Shown here: one piece after another, positions 1 to 12,227 of the stretch
Layout of the letters: each line of letters starts with the position of its first letter
How positions within the stretch are numbered: the first letter of the stretch is position 1
Assembly (NCBI GenBank): GCA_017654855.1
Contig: CM030332.1
Location: 682,001-746,000, forward strand
Length of the DNA stretch: 64,000 bases
Direction: 5' to 3'
Source of the DNA: Podospora anserina
Lineage: Eukaryota
The notes under the pieces: model-generated
Seen by the model: only the letters and a program-made list of their open reading frames with translations
The model's database searches: none
Told to the model about the DNA's origin: nothing
Translations under genes and position numbers: made by a program

Positions 1-834
1 GACGCCGACGTCGTCGGGGTGGATCAGGTCTTTGAGGAAGACGTCGAGGAGGTCGGCCGGCTTGTGGCCCGTGAGTTTCTCGACGCTGGGGGAGACATGC
101 TTGATGCGGCCGTTGGCGTCGAGGATGTGGAGGAAGTCCTGGAGCTCTTCTACGACTTTGGCGGGCCAGTTGCGGCGCTTGGTGAACTCGGTGACCGTGT
201 TGGCCGTGGTGTTGGAGCCGCCACTCCCACCCCCACTTCCGGATCCCAACGTCGCGACGGGGAGGGGGCCGGCGCCGGGCCCGACTCCTCCTCCTCCGCC
301 GCCGCCTACGTTTGCGGTGGATGACGAGTCGTCCGGGGAGAAGGGCAGGTCGACCGACGGCGCCAGGCCTGCTGACGGGGAGGGCTGTACGGCGGCGGGG
401 CCTGAGGGGTTGAAGGGCTGCTGGGCGTCGAGGCTCATGGACATGTTGTCGTCAAATGGGGAAAACATGGAACTGTCCAGCAGCGACATCATGTCGTTCG
501 GATCACCGCTCATCTGCACGACCAATCGGCCACAGGCGTCAGTGTGGGGTGAGTACTATTTTTTCGTCATATGTTGGAGGAACTCAAGCTTGGTGATGGT
601 GATCGGATGAAGACAAGGTATAGGTAGGTACAGGTACAGGTATAGGTATAGGTACGTGACATGCGAAAATGAGAACAAAGACAAAGAAACAAAATTAGAG
701 GACAAGAGTTTTTGCTGTTGTTGCTTGCGAAAACGTCAAGAATAGTAGTTGCTCACAGTAACGCCGCCCACGGAGCCCGTGCCATAGCCAAAATAGTTGC
801 TCCCCGACAGAGAGGGAGGAGGCCCGTGAGACAT
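1..834 (-). CDS. wc-2: White collar-2 (PAS/GATA blue-light and clock transcription factor); 5' part only, gene continues beyond the left edge
   Basis: Manual translation. Exon 1 834-757 reads [26 protein letters not shown]. Intron 756-514 is GTGAGC...ACTGAC...CAG. Exon 2 513-1 reads [15 protein letters not shown]...[66 protein letters not shown], the characteristic start of the WC-2 PAS domain. Confidence 0.93.
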
Positions 835-2471
835 GGTAAATAGTACGGAATAGTTGGTGTGAGTGGTGTGGTTTGCTGCTGGGTCGCAGCAGGGGTGTAT
901 GGTTCGTAGGCTCTCTTTTTAGGGGGAGGCTGCGAGTTGACCAACTAGGAAATAATGTAAAGCAACGCAGCAGCGCATCGATGAGGACCCCTTCTGGCGC
1001 TGCACATTGCCGGGTCGCGAGACAAGTAGAACTTTTGTCGGGTGTATTGAGGGGTCAAAAAAACATCAACGACACCACCGTCCGAGTATATGAGTATATG
1101 CGAGATTGGCGAGAGGTAGGTTGATTTGAGACGAATAATAAGCCGGGAAGATAGGTAGGATATAAGGGCGACAGCCAAGGTTTGGCTGTAAAAGGAGAGG
1201 CAACACCTGGTTTGATGATGGCAGCAGCAAAGCAAAAACTCGGCCGCGGGAACCCTTTTTAGGGAGGATGGGATTCCTTCAATTCAGGATGGGAATCTCT
1301 TTCGCAGCGGACCCCTCGCACCCCCGTTGCCCCCCCCAGACATGGCCTGAGCTTCAGCTGCCAGGCCTGCCACCGCTCAATGTCAGAACCGTGACCGGGA
1401 TGGTGTGTCCTCGACGTGGGACTTGGGTGACGACGCTAAACCCTGCCGACAGAATGCCCAGTGGTGCCCTGACTGGAGCTGACTGGTTGCGAGATATTCC
1501 CTCCAATCTGTAGCGGTCTAGACTCGGGGAAGAGACGTCAGCGCAGCCGAAGCGAGACTCGCCCCAAGATGCTGTCTGTATCTCTATATAGACCAGAGAC
1601 CTCATGAACCTTGCCGACCCCGTGGCGGAAGAGGCACCGCAGGCACCTGGCAGGCCGGGAGTGTGTGAGAGTGTGTGAGAGTGTGTTTGTGATGAGCAGG
1701 GACTTTTCCAGGGCCGCAATCGTAAGTGTAGCTCTAGCAAAACTGACATCATCTGGCCTGTATAAGGCGGTACAGAGAAGGGTTCCCGCGTCCCTGTGGC
1801 ACCTCCGAGAGCCCGAATTATTGATTGGGGGATACGGCCGCCCAGTCAGCGCCGTGGCATTCACGGTTGGTCCTTGCTGACCGGATTCGGGGAAGTCCAC
1901 GTGCAGAACCTATACTTGTGGTTTTACGAATTATTCTAGGGTTCTTTTTTTTTTTTTTTTTGGGGGTGTCCATGGTGATCTTCAACGAAGCCTTGAGCCT
2001 AGGACCATGGTGCTCCGGCGCATGCGGGTTCAGAGATACCAACCCCTCCTCTCTTTGTCAGCGGTACCTTTAAAAACGTACACGGAGCTGAGGCCGCTCC
2101 TCCGGGGTCTGTCCTTGCACTCGCCTACCCGGTTGCTCAGTGCTGCCTGATTTCCACTGAGCTCAGATCCCACGTGAGGACGTGTTTCGCAACCCTTGCC
2201 TCTGCCAAAGACCGCGACAGGTACGCGCTTTGCATCTACCTAGCCCGGCAGACGACAGGATGGTTTTTCCCATCCAAGAGGCTTCTTCCACATCACGCAC
2301 GACTCCATCGCATATTCTCGCAACCCTCCTCCCAAGATATTTTCTTCAAGCCAAGAGGCACCTACCACGCTGCATGCATAAAATCAGCCAACGATCTCTA
2401 GCGCGTGGGACCCTTCATCGTATGATTTAGGTTGACTTGTTTCGACCCTCGATCCCTACGCGAGAAACACC

Positions 2472-5400
2472 ATGTCGAGGATCGAGAAGCTGTCCATCTT
2501 GGGCGTGCGCTCATTCAGTCCCCATGAGCAGCAGGCCATCGCTTTTAACACACCGCTCACCCTGATTGTCGGGTACAATGGTTCGGGCAAGACGGTGGGT
2601 CTCTGCGTTGCCGTTATTCCGTGCCAACAACATGGCGTCGATGCTGATGATGTGTTTTAGACTGTGATCGAATGCCTCAAATATGCCACCACGGGTGAGC
2701 TCCCGCCCAACAGTAAAGGCGGTGCCTTTATCCATGAGCCTGAGCTGGAAGGCGAAAAGGATGTGCGCGCCCAGGTCAAGGTGTCGTTCAGATCAACCAT
2801 AGGAGAGCAGTATGTCTTGACTCGCAATGTGCAATTGACAGTCAAAAAGACCACAAGATCGATGAAGACGCTGGAAGGCAGTCTTCTTCTGAGGGGCCAG
2901 GCTGGAGGAAAATCCTCGGACCGTCATGTCATTTCCACCAGAGTAATGGAGCTGGACAAGTTGGTCCCAGAGAAGCTTGGTGTTTCGCCAGCCGTGCTTG
3001 AGGCCGTCATTTTCTGCCACCAGGATGAGTCCATGTGGCCCATGAGCGAACCCTCGGCTCTGAAGAAGCGGTTCGATGAAATCTTCGAGGCCATGAAATA
3101 CACCAAGGTAATCGACAATCTCAAAGTGCTCCGCAAGAGAAAGGGAGAAGAGCTGCGAGAATTGAAAATTCAAGAGACGCAAGACAAGGTCAACAAGGAG
3201 AGAGCCGACAAGGTTGGCAGGCTCATAATACAAATGAGCCAGGAGATTGAAGAAGCGCAGACAAAATGCAGCGATATCCTCAAGCAAATGGGAGCCAAGG
3301 CCAAGGAAATCAAGGACAAGCACGAACAGGCCAACAGTTTCTTGAAGATTGTGAACGACCTGCAAAACAAGACCGAGAAGCTCGAATACAAGAGCGAAGC
3401 TATCAGGGAACTACGGAGCCGTATCGAAGAACTGCCGGATAGTGATGATGTACTGCGGAACACTCTGGCTGAGTATGCGCAGACAATAGAGAGGACTGTG
3501 GCCGACAGAGATAGGAAGCAGGCACAGCAACAGGAGCTCCAAGCGGATCTAAAGCAGTCTCGGGACAGGCATACGGCCAAAGTTGCCGAACAGGGCAAAC
3601 ATCAATCCGATAAGGACAAGTATGAGCGCCAACTGGCCACAAGAGATCGAATGGTTCACGAGGCGGCCGAGCGCCACGAGATTCGCGGCTACGATGGAGA
3701 CCTGGACGGTGATCTGATCGAGTCTTTTTACGAACGTATCCAGAAGGCCCTCAACGACAAAAAGCGCGAGCTGGAGCGGCTCCAAAAGAGCAATGCTGAA
3801 GAACTGGACAAGAAGAGCTCTGTCATTGCTGAGCTTGAAGGCCGGAAACAATCACTGAACCGGGATCGGGCCTCAGCAAAACAACGCATCATGGCCATTG
3901 GGAGGGAGTCGGCCACCGTTCAAGGCGAACTTGGTTCTCTCGACGTGGACGAGGGCTCTGAGGCTGCTCTTCGTGCAGAAATGAAAGAAGTCGAGGCAAG
4001 GATTGAGGCAGCAAAGGCCGACGAACAATCTGCGGACCTCGACGACCAGATCAAAAAGGTCCAGGATGAGATCTGGCAACTGGAAACTCAAGCTGCCAAG
4101 CTCGGGCGGGAACTGGTTGAATGCACCAGACTGGCGTCTGAGCGTGCACAGCTTGATCTGCGCAAGAAGCAGCTGACTGACCGACGGCGCGATCTTGATA
4201 TTCTCAAGAATACCTGGTCTGAGCAGCTGTCGGCGCTTCTGGGCGCAAACTGGACACCGGACACTGTCGAAGCTGACTTTCAGAGCGCCTTGAGAAAGCA
4301 GGACGGTGTTGTTGCCGAAGCCAGAAAACAGAAAGACGCCACGCAGCAAGAACTAAAGCAGGTCGAGTACAAGCTGTCCACCACTCGGGACCGGCACACC
4401 AAGCTTTTAACAGAGATGAAGAGCTGCCAACGTGACGTTTTGAAAGCACTACGTGCCACCAGGGACGAGAACGACCCTGAGCACCCCCCTATCGACAACT
4501 ACGAGGCGCAGACAAAGCACGTAGAGACGGAGCTTGCTCAGATCGAGTCCGATCTCAAGTTGACTGAAGAGATGAAGACCTACTACACCAAGGTCAAGAC
4601 AGTTGCCGAAAAGCACAACAAGTGCAACCTTTGCGACCGAGATTTCCACAACCAGGAAGACGTAAAGCGGAGGGTCTTCAACAAGATTGCCAAGGCACTT
4701 GGCGATGAAGTGAAGCAGGAGTTGGAGGCGGACAAGGCAGATTTCGCTGCTCGTTTGAGGCAGTTGAAAGCTGTGCGTGCCCAGTATGATACCTATGGAC
4801 GTCTCGAAAAGGAGGTGCCTACCCTGTCCGCGGAGCTCAATGTCTGCACAACCCAAAAGGAAGACCTGGTGCGGCGGCTGGAGGACAAGGACCTCGCCTT
4901 TGGCAAGGCGGAAGAGCAACGACGGGAGATGGACTCCCTCAGCAAGAATGTTTTGAAGATTTCTCAAAATCACAAAGACATCCAGGAAGCCGAGAGGCAG
5001 GTCGAGCGGTCGCAGCAATCTTCAAGCGTGACCACACGCAGTCCCGACGAAATCAACGAGGAGCAGACCACCTATGCGGAGCAGACTCGTGTCGCGCAGA
5101 CCAGACTCAACAAGCTCACTGTCGAGAGACAGCGACTCAAGGATTTGGCTTCGCAGCTCGAGGTGGAGAGGCTTGAGTTGAGACACAAGATAGCCACTGC
5201 GGCCCAGCAACTTGAGCGGAAGAAGAGTCTTCAAGACCAAATTCGTCGGTTCAAGGAGGAACAAGCACAGCTCCGCGAGTCGGTTCAGACTGCTGACAAT
5301 GATCTGGAAGCCCTCGAGCCCGAGATGGCCACCGCACGCTCTGCCCTTGACGAAGTGCGGCAACACGGTCGGGCCAAGGAGCAAAACGTCACAGAGAAGC

Positions 5401-6500
5401 GCGATGCTATCGGGGGCACTGTCAGTGAGCTCAGGATGATTAACGGTGAAATCCAAGAGTATCTCGAGCGTGGCGGCCCCTCGAATCTAGCTTCCAACCA
5501 GCGCGCCATTACCACGCTGGAGGCAACTATTGCCAGCATTGAGGCTGAGATGAAGGATTTGACCGTGCAGATCAACAAGCTGAATAAGGAGATTGACAAC
5601 AGCGACGCCAAGAAGAGAAACATCTCCGACAATCTCACCTACCGCAAGAACCTCCGCGAGCGTGTCGCTCTTCAACAGGAGATTGAGGAGCTCAAATCCC
5701 GCAAAGCCGAGGAAGACTACCAGCGTCTCAGCCTCGAGGCGCGCATCCTCGAAGATCAACGAGGCCTGTTGACGGCGGAGCGGGAACGGTTGATGGGCAG
5801 CGTGGCGTCGAAGGACGACCAGCTGAGCCGGCTGCAAGAAGAATATGATCTCGACCTCAAGGGCGCCAAGGCCAAGTACAAGGAATCGCACATCAAGGTT
5901 GAGACGACCAAGGCAGCTATTGACGACCTTGGCCGGGGCACCATGGCTCTCGACCATGCCATTATGCAATTCCACTCTCTCAAAATGGAGGAGATCAACC
6001 GCATCATCGGCGAGCTCTGGAGGGAGACGTACCAAGGCACAGACATTGACACGATCCAGATCCGGTCCGACGTAGAGTCGGGTGCCGGTTCGGGAGGCGG
6101 CGGCAAGCGCAACTACAACTATCGGGTTTCGATGGTCAAGGGCGACACGGAGATGGACATGCGCGGGCGGTGCTCGGCAGGCCAAAAGGTGCTGGCGAGC
6201 ATCATTATCCGGCTGGCGCTGGCCGAGTCGTTTGGCGTCAACTGCGGCCTGATCGCGCTGGACGAGCCGACGACCAACCTCGACAGCGACAACATCCGCA
6301 GCCTGGCGAGCAGCCTGCACAGGATCATCAAGGCGAGGCAGTCGCAGGGGAACCTGCAGCTGATTGTGATCACCCACGACGAGGAGTTTTTGAAGCACAT
6401 GCGGTGCCAGGACTTTTGCGACACGTTTTACCGGGTGGAGCGCAACGCGAGGCAGAACAGTGTTATTCGGGTGGAAAACATCACGAGGATCTCCGAATAA
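2472..6500 (+). CDS. rad50: DNA repair protein Rad50 (MRN/MRX complex)
   Basis: Exon 1 2472-2594 carries Walker A GYNGSGKT. Intron 2595-2660 (GTGGGT...GCTGAT...TAG). Exon 2 2661-6500 has the Q-loop FCHQDES, long coiled coils, zinc hook CNLC, signature CSAGQK, Walker B/D-loop [12 protein letters not shown] and H-loop ITHD. Confidence 0.98.
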
Positions 6501-7135
6501 GAGAGGGTAGACAGCATGTATATGTTGATGAGGTATTAATTAGCAAATCGAGGGTCTCGGAGTTGATCACGGTATTGTGTGTCTTTAGCTGAACAGGGAC
6601 AGGTGATTGCGGGAAAAGGAGGGGATAATATGGGAGATCAACGCTAGCCCGAGGTACATTGTGAGGCAGCCCGCATTATATGACTGGATGGGGTGATGCT
6701 CGAAATTGTTAGAGGGTACGAAGCGCGACTTGTATTGGGGGGTTAGAATGCCGAATTTACGGCAGGCAAGAGGATGCGGTGACGCCTTGGGGTTTTTGAA
6801 GGACTCAGCAGCAATCCAGTTAATGTTGCCCTGCAGGTCACTCGGGTAAACGCAGGCCAGCAGTGAAGTGTATATCTGAGCCTCTACTGCTAATATTACT
6901 CTTTTGCAATCTGGTTTCTATAATCTTGATCAGCATTGGCTCTTGAACATGCATCAGACAGACCTACCATGGCGTAACCGCCTCAGGATGCCGACTGTGT
7001 TTTTGCCCTCCGTCTCTTGGTCTATATCTCTCGACCCAAGACAGGCAGTAAACACATCGGCTTTCTATAGAGCAGAGCTTACAGCTTGTCTCCATCTTCC
7101 CTTCTTGTCCTGTAAAACTGCTTGGGAATTCCCTT

Positions 7136-7772
7136 CTACAAGTCCTCCTCATCGTCATCCCTCCTCCTGTTGTTATTATCCCTCACCCCCGGACTCCTCG
7201 ACCTCGACCTCCCACTCCTCTGCCCCCTATTATCCCTCCCCCTACCACCACCTCCTCCAGCAGATCTCCCACCTCCTCTAATCTCCCCATTATGGCCCTG
7301 CTGGTTGTTCCCCTTCCCAGGAGGCGGCCTCACAAACGCAAAGTCAACTTGGACGTTCTGGTCCAAGAGGGGCGTGTTGTGCGCCCCGTCAATGGCGGCT
7401 CTTGCTTCCTCAATGGTGGAGTACTCGATCAAGGCGTAGCCCTGTTTCTGTCAGCCAACCTTTTGAGCAAAGGGGAGAAGATACCTTGACATAACCCGTC
7501 CGTCTGTCCAGGTTGAGATGCAGGTTCCTAATCTCGCCGTACTCCCCAAACATGTCGTGGATGGCCTCCTCGTCGGCCTCCTCGTGCACGTTGGTCACCA
7601 TGATGATCCAGCCTTCGATCGAGCGGACGGCCGTGGCGCGGGTGTGCGTTTGCATGGCTGAGGTGTTGGCGTAGGTTGAGGAGGTGGTGGTTGTTGTTGT
7701 TGTTGTTGTGGCGGGTTGTTCTTGCTGGGGCTCGTCCAGCTCCATTGTGTCGTTGTTGTCGGCCGTGGACAT
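7136..7772 (-). CDS. RBM8A: RNA-binding protein 8A / Y14 (exon junction complex)
   Basis: Exon 1 7772-7485, intron 7484-7442, exon 2 7441-7136. The spliced product has [17 protein letters not shown]...[20 protein letters not shown]...VDFAFVRP and an RG/RS-rich tail, typical of Y14. Confidence 0.96.
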
Positions 7773-8287
7773 TTTAATTGCTTTATTTCGTGTCTTGGGA
7801 AATAATAAGATTGTTTGGTTGCTGCGTACGAAGCCGAGATGTTTGTTTGTTCTTCTCGGGCGGTGGTGGGATATCGTCGGGTCGTAAAAACAAAACAAAG
7901 TCGCCGGTTGGGATAATTGGGAATAATCGCGGGGAGTTGGCAGTCGGTCGCGAGAAATGGGTGTGGGGCTGGTTGGGTAGTGGACAGTCGTCAGAACAGG
8001 GTCGTCAAGGTTCCTGCGGTCCTAACCCCAACCCTAACCCTACTTCTGTTGACTCACCTTAACAGCCCCGTACGCATTTCGTAAACAGGAGGCACTCATG
8101 GAAATGGTTCAGTTTATGTTAATATAGTTCAATGACTACTCAGTTCCACAGCCCTCTACACAATTACATTACACCCCCTTCCCAACTCATCAATACCACA
8201 ACGTTGCAACCCCTTCCCCCGAAAAAAAAAAAAAAAAACTTGAATCCCCTTTCCCAACTGACAACATCACACCCCCCCAGCCCCAAA

Positions 8288-11200
8288 TCAAATCCCCCCC
8301 GGAAACAAATGAACATTAAACATCGGCGCCCCCCCTCCATTGCCCTCGACATGCTCCAGATACGTCTCCAACTCCGTGTCATCCGTCACCGGTAACGGCA
8401 GCTCCCCCCCACTCCCGTCCTTGACAATCCCCTCAATCTTGTAGCACATCGCTCCCGGAGTGTTGGCCACGGCCGCCGCCTTCAGGTCGCTGTACTTGCG
8501 TGATGACAGTAGATGAATCCACTGCGGCCTCATCCCCGGGAACAATCCCCTGATTGCGCTGTGCAGTCGGAAGTAAACCGGGAAGGTGCCCTTGGTTAGG
8601 GGTGGCGCTGGTGGTGGTGCTGTCATTTGTGGCTGGGGTTGCTGGATGGGTGTTGCTATCCGGGGCTGTTGTTGAACTGGTGTGGCCGTTTGAGCTCGTG
8701 GCCGTTGAGCAGCCATCTGAGCTTGTTGCTGCTGATGAGGTTGGTGATACATCTGCCGGAGACTCGCCACAAGTGAACCTTGCTGAGATTGTCCGGGCGT
8801 GGCTGGTTGGAACGGGGGTTGCTGGTACTGCTGGATTTGGGGCTGCCCGAGTTGCTGCTGAAGCTGTGACTGTGGGTTCTGTCTCGCCTGGTTCTGTGCC
8901 TGTTGTTGACTAGGGGCCGCCGCCACCGCATGGGCAGCAGCTTGTTCCTGCTGTCGACGCGACGCTTGTTCTCTCAACCACTGGTCTTGCGTTTGCTTGA
9001 GCGTCAAGGGACCAACAAAGCCGGGCTCGATCTGTTCGGGTTGCTGCTGCGGCGGCGGCGCAGGCGCCCGCACCTCTGGCACTTCATCATCTGTATATGG
9101 TTCCGGTGTGTCGTCGGGAACATAGCCATCACCATAACCCAGCTGAGAATCCATCAATGCCTGGTCGTTATCCTTTGGTGAAGGCTCTGCATCCGCGCGC
9201 GGAGCAAAATGTACTTGTGTATGCGTCTGTACCTCAGATTGCTTCGAAGGGCGGCCTCGGCGATTCTTCGCAGGAAGCCTGAGACCGGGTACCATATTCG
9301 GGTCTTCTGGTGCTTGTGCCGACACGGGTGCTGGCGCGGGCACAGCATTCTTTCGTGACCCCCGTGGCCGGGGAGCAGGAGCTGCAGCCGGAGCTCCTGG
9401 TACAGAATGAGCAACAACAGATGCAGCAGCCGATGTTGATGCAGGAGTCTCAGAAAGAACAGCTCCCCCAGTAGGCCAATCCTGACCCTGATTCATACCT
9501 GGCTGCAAAGGCGCATCCGCATTCGAAGAAGCTGCCTCATTCTCAGGATCCTCAACGCTAGGAACAACCTTCTTAGGTCTACCCCTTTTCTTCGGGACCT
9601 TGGGCTCCTTGGGCTCCTTGGGAGGCTTGGGAGGCTTGGGAGGCTTCGGCTTCTTTGTCGGTTCAGGGGTGGGACTCCTCTGCCGCAGAGGATCGATACC
9701 CCGTTTGTGAACATCAGCGTGATATCTCCGTTCCGCATCACGACCAAGCGCAATGACCGCCTTGACCTTGCGGGCATGTTCAGGGTCCTCCTGATTAGTC
9801 CATGCCTCCTTCAACACCTCATTCGCGTCGATCCACCTCTGCCTGAGCTCCCGAAACCTTTCGATGCCTTCCTCAAGAACAGGACCGAACCGCTCCACCG
9901 CCAAAATGTTGTACAGCTGGGCACGAATCTCTCTCCCCGCATCGGGGTCTAGCCCGAGAAGCCTCTTGGCCTCGGCAACAGAAACCTTGGTCTGTGTGAT
10001 CCGGACGCGCTTGGTGATGTCGTTGCAGATAATTTCAACAGCCAACTTCTTCTGCTCAATGTTCTCCTGGTCCCACATGGCCGCGCGCAGATGCAAGCTC
10101 TCCCTAATCAGCCGGTCTTTGAACTGCTTCCAGCGCTCGGGACCCATGAGCGTTTTCTTGATAACTCCATGGCTCATGCAAATATTGTAAAACTTCTCTC
10201 TTATACCCAGGTATGCCGCCTTGTCGAGCTGGAGGATCTCTTTGGCTTCTGTAAGCGTTGTCTCGGACGGATAGCGAGGGGGGCCTGCAGGATCAGGGGG
10301 GAGAAAGCCATATTGTTTTGTGTGGCGCCTGCGTTTCTTCGTCCGCCACAGCTCTTCCGCTTCCGCTTCGATTTGTCGTTTTCTTTGCTCCCTCCTGGCA
10401 GCAAGCTCTGCTTCGTCAGGCGGTTGAGAACCAGTTTGCCGAGGCTCTTGTTGTTGACTCTGGTCTTGCTGTTGTTGTGATTGCTCAGGCTGGGACGGAA
10501 ACGAGGACCCTTGCTGCTGGTTCTCCCAGCCAGCAGCAGTCGATAATGTAGGAGTAGTTGGTACAGGAGGAGCATATCCCAACGGGTAGTTGTTATCCCA
10601 CTGACGCATTCCACCGCAGTAGGGCTGGTTCGAGACTGTATTCCAGTGGTCATGATAGGCCCCAGCTGTAGTGTTGGTCTGAGAAGATTCGCCATAGCCA
10701 CTCGCCGGAGCGCTATTCAGGCTGTTGGTGTGCTCTTGAACTCGCTGCAGTTGCTGTTCAACCTCACCAGGCCCGTCCTCCTCACCCTCCTCATCCTCAT
10801 CTTCATCACTGTCACCAGACTCGTCATCACCACTGCAGTTGCTCTCGCCACCATCATCATCCTCTTCCCTCTCCACACTAGCACTCTGACTCTGACCCTC
10901 CTTCTGACCTGCCTTCTGCTTCATCATCTCCCTCTGCTTCCTCGCCAATGTCCGCTTCGGGTTTCCATACCCACCAGCCATCTTCAAAACCATGCCAAAC
11001 CTTCTCCTAATCCTCGTGATGACAGCCTTGTCAGTCTCAAACCCCTCCTCCCTGGTGATGCGAAGAATGTCGTCGCCGCCATAGTTCTGTGCCCACAGCT
11101 CTCTGACCCGGGCTTGCAGCTTCTCGTCTTTTAGAATCGGATTGAACTTTTTTTCAAAACCCCACTCGTGGAATTTCTTAAAGTAAGCAGCGGGACTGGT

Positions 11201-11634
11201 AGAGGGTTAGAAAACATGATGGCCAGTTTTGCGAGTAGGGAGTGAGTGAGTGAGTGAGATGAAGGTGTGGTGTCAAGTTATTATTTGTGATTAACGAGAG
11301 GGTTGACACTCCGTAGAACGGCCAAGCTGCAGTACGGAGTAGCAACCGGGACAAAAAGGAGAAAAGAAACAGGACAAGATGGTGGGCAGATGCGCATCCA
11401 GTCTCGAGTTGTCGCCCAATCAATCCACAATGATGTGGATTCACCATACAGCAAAAAGCCACGGGGGTACAAGGGCTATAAGAAGGAAAAGGTCTAGTAA
11501 ACATACACAGGTGCAAACTGATGATGCAGTTTCATGTAGTCCCTCACCTGGGGCAACTTCATCTTCTGATCCACCCACAGCCGCTTCAGCGTGTCCTTGT
11601 GTTGTTCGAAGTCCCATTTTGACGGCCTCCCCAT
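8288..11634 (-). CDS. Clr5-domain protein with AT-hook-like motifs (putative chromatin or transcription regulator)
   Basis: Exon 1 11634-11507 reads MGRPSKWDFEQHKDTLKRLWVDQKMKLPQVRDYMKLHHQFAP. Intron 11506-11196 is GTATGT...CTAAC...CAG. Exon 2 11195-8288 continues VPAAYFKKFHEWGFEK in frame with the 901-aa ORF. The W..HK..L..L......L..V..YM...H.F...Y...F..WGF.K pattern fits Clr5. KKRGRPKK and RRGRPSK motifs lie further on. Confidence 0.82.
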
Positions 11635-12227
11635 CTCTCTGATTCATCTCCTGGTTTGTATTTCCAAGACCTTGGGCGTCGAACGAAAGAACGAGCTCTT
11701 TTGCCCGTCTGGTTGTCCGAAGCTGCGAGTTTGTGTAGAAAATGAGCTGTCGCGCTCCGGGGGGATGGAGTGGGGCGACACCCCGACGGGTTGGAGAGTT
11801 TAAATCCCCCCAACCTCCGTAGTACCTGCTTACCGTGCGCACGCCCTTTTTGCACCGTCCGTTGCACACTGTTCCCCCTAATCCCCCTGAGATATGTGCT
11901 CAGGAGCACAGAATTGTGGCTGCCGTTGATTGTCCAACATACCAACTACATTGTTCATATATGGCCGTCTGCTGATTAAAACACAAGTCCAGAAGAACAA
12001 CGATCAAATCTGGCATTCATCCGCACTATCCTACATAAAAGACAGCAATACGCCCCGCTGTTTTTGGTCCCAATCCGCCTCCCAAAAAAAAACAATATCC
12101 ATGCTTCTGTCTATTAAAAGACTATTCGATTAGACTGTGATGAAAAGATGCCCATATTGGTACTCGCTGATTCATACTTTCGACGACCATCATCAAGACG
12201 AGCCCCGCCCCCTGATAGCTTCAAGTT

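Noticed and set aside
19..610. Plus-strand ORFs of 101 and 192 aa
   Set aside because: They are antisense shadows of the wc-2 coding exon.
5487..6398. 303-aa minus-strand ORF
   Set aside because: It is an antisense shadow of the codon-biased rad50 3' end.
12137..12215. GTGATGA...CTGA...CTGA, resembling a C/D box snoRNA
   Set aside because: The terminal stem is weak, I recognise no rRNA-complementary guide, and it lies antisense to a 3' UTR.
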